Source: Vulcanimicrobiota bacterium (lineage in GTDB: Bacteria > Vulcanimicrobiota > Vulcanimicrobiia > Vulcanimicrobiales > Vulcanimicrobiaceae). From it: 64,000 bases of DNA. Within the stretch, counting starts at the first letter, position 1. Every line of letters begins with the position of its first letter. The stretch lies in NCBI GenBank assembly GCA_963723515.1, contig CAVRQT010000002.1:352001-416000 (forward strand). Reading direction: 5' to 3'. Shown here in pieces: positions 60,632 to 64,000 of the stretch. Below the pieces are notes generated by a model. The model made no database searches. It was given only the letters and a program-made list of their open reading frames with translations, and had not been told where the DNA came from. Both the position numbers and the translations under genes were made by a program.

Positions 60632-63360
60632 CGCCAAACGCTCTGTCCCTTCGCATTGTCGCCGTTCCAAAGAAGGCTTGCGACGGCGCGGACGGTTCCG
60701 TGTGGATGCCGCTGTAGCGCAACGAATGTGGCAAGTGGCTTTCCGTTGGCAATGCACGATATGAGCGGGCGATTCACGCCCGTGTAGCCGCGCACGTCAC
60801 TTCGATCGATCCATATCGGGTGAAGCTTCATGCTGCTCGGGCCACATGACACTCCCATTCGAATTGAAGCGGTGGGCGCCAACGGCATTGTGGATTGCAC
60901 TCGGATGCCGACGATGTCTGTAGCGGTGCGATCGACGCCGCGTGAAACGATGTCGCCGGAGAAAACGACCGTTGTTGCCGTCCTCGTCGATGAACGCAAA
61001 GACGCGCTCGAAAGCGACTGCATTCCGTCCAACGTTGGAAGGGCAAGCGCGACCCCGCTGCTCGATCGCGCGATCGGTCGTTCGTAATCGAAAACCGGCG
61101 GCACATTCGTTGAGGTGAGCAGCGCCACCCCGCCGCCGAGGCGCAGCAATGAAGCAAAATCGGTGAGCGGATGAACTGCCTCCGAAACTGCGACCACCTG
61201 GCGACCCCGCGGTGCCATATGGTACGAGAAGGTGCGCGGATAGACCACGATGCGCCGTGCTGTGTTAGGGACGAGATCGAGATCCGAGAGTGGCGGAGCA
61301 TCGAGCATCGCGTGCTTCTCTGGCGCGTCGGTCACTCGGAAGACTGAGACCATACCCTCGCGCGGTGCGCTCTGCCAAACAATATGCGCAGCGGGCATCG
61401 TAACTCTCTCATGATCTCTATAGCGAGTCCAAGCATTCATCAGAATGTACCGAGCGCCGATGTTGGACACCAGCTCACGTTGAGCGTGCGGGTCCGGCGG
61501 CAAAAAGAGAGAGCGCACGACGTAACCGGGCAACTCGAATTGCACCGCGTGCGGCGCGACAAGCGTCGCGATCGCAGTGCCGCGTGCCACATTGGCGCGA
61601 ATCCACGCCGTCGCTTCCTTTAACCCATAGACCGGTTCATCAACGCCCCACCGGCTCGCGCTGCAGCGAAAGCTGAGGCAGCCAAGCGTGGCAGCCGAAG
61701 CGTACGGAAAGTAAAGCGCACTCCATGTGAACGTCAGAACGCTCGCCGCCGCTACGATCGCTACTCGGAAACGCAGACGTGCAACCGTTATAGCATAGCC
61801 GGCGATGAGCTGTAGAAACGGCGCCATATAAAACCAGTAGTGCTGCAGATAGAACGCAGTCGGTGCGACGAAGAGTCTGCCGGCAGCGACGCCGCCGCTA
61901 AGCCACAAAATGCGAATGTCACGGCGCAGTGCGGCGGCTACGATGCTCACGATGAGCAGCAAGATCGTAATCGGATCGGTGTGGATGAACGTTTGCGTTA
62001 CCATCGTGCCGACGCGCGTTGCGATCGATTGCGTCAGATGGTAATACTGATCGAAGAGCAGCCGCGCCACGAGCACGAACGGCAACCGATGCGCCATATC
62101 GATCCACAAGAACGGCCAAGCGAAGACCGCACCGAAAAAGGCCGCCACTGCGCTCCCTAAGCCAGTCAAGATCGCGCGCAGCGGCGTAATCTTCGCCGCT
62201 AGCAGCAAGAGCACGGTGCTCACGAAGTACAATCCCGCCATGATGGGATTTCGTACGCCAACGGCGATCACACCGAGCAGAATACCGATCAGCAGCGCCG
62301 TTTTGCTTTCGTCTCTCAGTGCAGTAATCAAAAAAACGGCGCTCCAGCATGCGAACGCCACGTAGGGAATGTCAAGATAGAAGGACGACGCATACGCCAA
62401 GGCGAGCGGTGAGAAGATAAACAGCGCTGCGGCGAGTGCACCGGCCCAGCGATCAAAGAGCAACGCTCCGAGGCGATAAACTGCGAGAGCCGCCAAGGCC
62501 GTGCAGAGTACTGAAACAACGATTGCCGCATTCAGAGCACCGGTCACCGTCGCTATCGGCAACGCCAAGAACGGATAAAGGATCGGCTTGCTTAGACTTT
62601 CAACGCCCGCAAGTCCGATAATTCCACCGCCTTGAACGGCGATCGGTAACGCGCGCAACGTGTCGACATATCCCCAGCCGAGATAGCCCCAGTTGATGCC
62701 CCCGCCAACTTCGTCGTTGTGAAAATAGTGCGGCGACAACGCAAATACGATCAACGAACAAATAAAGACGAAGAGCGACCCAAGATCCAACTGTACCCGC
62801 AAGCGGCTCACCGGCACAGCGATAAGTTGGAGCGCCGCCAGAATACCGAAAGCGGTGGCAAAAAAAAGTAAGAGCGCGATCCACAACGGTGAGATCGAAG
62901 GCTGCATCGCCTGCAGCGTGATGTCCAACGCTCCCAGCCGATCGTTTGTAACTTCGTACGTGTCATTACCCGAGCTAATAAAGATCGCCGGCACGTCATG
63001 TGTTGCACGCGTGCGCTGAACTATCAGAGGGAATGACGCGAATGTAATCGTCCCGGAAACAAGCGGACGAACGATGATCCGATCGCCGAAGTGCGCTGCA
63101 ACCGGCACACCGTTCGAGACGCGCTGCTGCCATGCCGGAGTGTACTGCGTCTTTGCAGCAGCGAGTGCACCAGCGAAGAAAACGGCTGCCGCGACGATGC
63201 AGGCCGCCGCGGTAAAAGCCCGCGTTGGCGTCTTTACTGCTTCGTAAGCACGAATGCGAAATTCAGGTAGATCGCAGGATCGATTTTCGTGCCGTTCTGA
63301 ATTCGGTATACTTTCGGATCCAAGCCGCAGGCCAACGCAGTTTGGATGCAGCGCCGCCAA
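60598..63360 (-). CDS. Large multi-TM GT-C (ArnT/PMT-like, GT39/GT83) glycosyltransferase; true start probably near 63237
   Basis: FHNDE, SKPILY, VYRLGALLFDRWAGALAAALFIFSP...YLDIP. Confidence 0.7.
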   Translation of the reverse strand: MAALHPNCVGLRLGSESIPNSERHENRSCDLPEFRIRAYEAVKTPTRAFTAAACIVAAAVFFAGALAAAKTQYTPAWQQRVSNGVPVAAHFGDRIIVRPLVSGTITFASFPLIVQRTRATHDVPAIFISSGNDTYEVTNDRLGALDITLQAMQPSISPLWIALLLFFATAFGILAALQLIAVPVSRLRVQLDLGSLFVFICSLIVFALSPHYFHNDEVGGGINWGYLGWGYVDTLRALPIAVQGGGIIGLAGVESLSKPILYPFLALPIATVTGALNAAIVVSVLCTALAALAVYRLGALLFDRWAGALAAALFIFSPLALAYASSFYLDIPYVAFACWSAVFLITALRDESKTALLIGILLGVIAVGVRNPIMAGLYFVSTVLLLLAAKITPLRAILTGLGSAVAAFFGAVFAWPFLWIDMAHRLPFVLVARLLFDQYYHLTQSIATRVGTMVTQTFIHTDPITILLLIVSIVAAALRRDIRILWLSGGVAAGRLFVAPTAFYLQHYWFYMAPFLQLIAGYAITVARLRFRVAIVAAASVLTFTWSALYFPYASAATLGCLSFRCSASRWGVDEPVYGLKEATAWIRANVARGTAIATLVAPHAVQFELPGYVVRSLFLPPDPHAQRELVSNIGARYILMNAWTRYRDHERVTMPAAHIVWQSAPREGMVSVFRVTDAPEKHAMLDAPPLSDLDLVPNTARRIVVYPRTFSYHMAPRGRQVVAVSEAVHPLTDFASLLRLGGGVALLTSTNVPPVFDYERPIARSSSGVALALPTLDGMQSLSSASLRSSTRTATTVVFSGDIVSRGVDRTATDIVGIRVQSTMPLAPTASIRMGVSCGPSSMKLHPIWIDRSDVRGYTGVNRPLISCIANGKPLATFVALQRHPHGTVRAVASLLWNGDNAKGQSVWRYRIQGRAASR

Positions 63361-63995
63361 AGGGCGTCCATACTGTAGTGCCGCCCAAACCGATTCGCAA
63401 ATCCAAAACTGGCAACCGTTGCTGCGGCTGCATCGAAGCCGACGGGCGTTTTCGAATAGAGGGGATCGGTTAGGTTGATGTACTCCTCGTGAAGATAGAG
63501 CGGTAAAATCGCCGCTTTGCGCCCCCGCTTCAGCACCCGTGCAGCTTCCTGCAAAAACCGTGAGTCTGCATCACCTTCGAAGTGGTCGAACGAGCAGTGC
63601 AGCGTCATTCCATCCGCACAACTGTCCGGCAAATCCATGGCGCATGCATCGCCGCCCAAACGGTCGTGATGCAAACCCCCGTCGAAAGCTTGATCCTGAG
63701 CGATTACGGTGTGGCCGCGGCGACGCATGATTTCGGCGAACAACGATTGACCGGCAGCAACGTCAATTAAGAACCCGTGTGAGGGCAGTTGCAAGAGGTC
63801 AACGGAAACTTGATGCTCGAGATATTTCTCGTTACGATTGACGATGTAGGAGAGAAGCGGATATTTTGCGTCGCGCACCCACGCTGAATAGCGCGCTGGA
63901 TCAACGACGTACTCACCCCCAACGATCGCCGGATAGCGCTGGTTCAAAGCGTGCCAAAGTGCATTGTAGTCCGGCGTTGCGAAATCGGTACGCAT
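63234..63995 (-). CDS. Class I SAM-dependent methyltransferase (may extend beyond the window)
   Basis: LIDVAAG, GDACAMDLPD, SFDHF, EAARVLKRG. Confidence 0.85.
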   Translation of the reverse strand: MRTDFATPDYNALWHALNQRYPAIVGGEYVVDPARYSAWVRDAKYPLLSYIVNRNEKYLEHQVSVDLLQLPSHGFLIDVAAGQSLFAEIMRRRGHTVIAQDQAFDGGLHHDRLGGDACAMDLPDSCADGMTLHCSFDHFEGDADSRFLQEAARVLKRGRKAAILPLYLHEEYINLTDPLYSKTPVGFDAAAATVASFGFANRFGRHYSMDALWRRCIQTALACGLDPKVYRIQNGTKIDPAIYLNFAFVLTKQ

Positions 63996-64000
63996 CGGAT

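Overview
GC-rich, very gene-dense bacterial chromosomal window. The style of its small secreted Pro/Ser/Thr-rich proteins suggests an Eremiobacterota (WPS-2)-like organism; this is my impression and was not tested. About 20 single-base frameshifts, several in core genes (coxI/II/III), point to uncorrected long-read errors rather than pseudogenes. From left to right: the 5' end of ppk1; an OpuC/EgtU-like ABC importer beside an S9 peptidase and egtD; assorted enzymes; a complete type-A2 caa3 cytochrome c oxidase cluster with ctaA, ctaB and a CusF-SCO fusion, containing a 124-nt rod-like hairpin (candidate ncRNA); an amino-sugar locus (GH20, a permease fused to a PDZ-like tail, hydantoinase/oxoprolinase, FAD oxidoreductase, HEXXH mini-protein, BadF kinase, nanE, SSS); an ECF sigma/anti-sigma pair; a stand-alone infA; a PadR module; a cyclase-STAND-TPR gene with a truncated tandem copy; tRNA-Sec; a FecR protein with about 45 Pro-Thr repeats; a CatR-like regulator with doxX, zf-UBP and ygiD; and three paralogous secreted NHL-propeller/SGNH fusions (one apparently catalytically dead) beside a GT-C glycosyltransferase and a methyltransferase. 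The best candidates for undescribed systems are the NHL-SGNH triad, the amino-sugar/lactamase-like locus and the hairpin RNA. I found no CRISPR array, rRNA, integrase or transposase. All family assignments come from motif recognition by eye.
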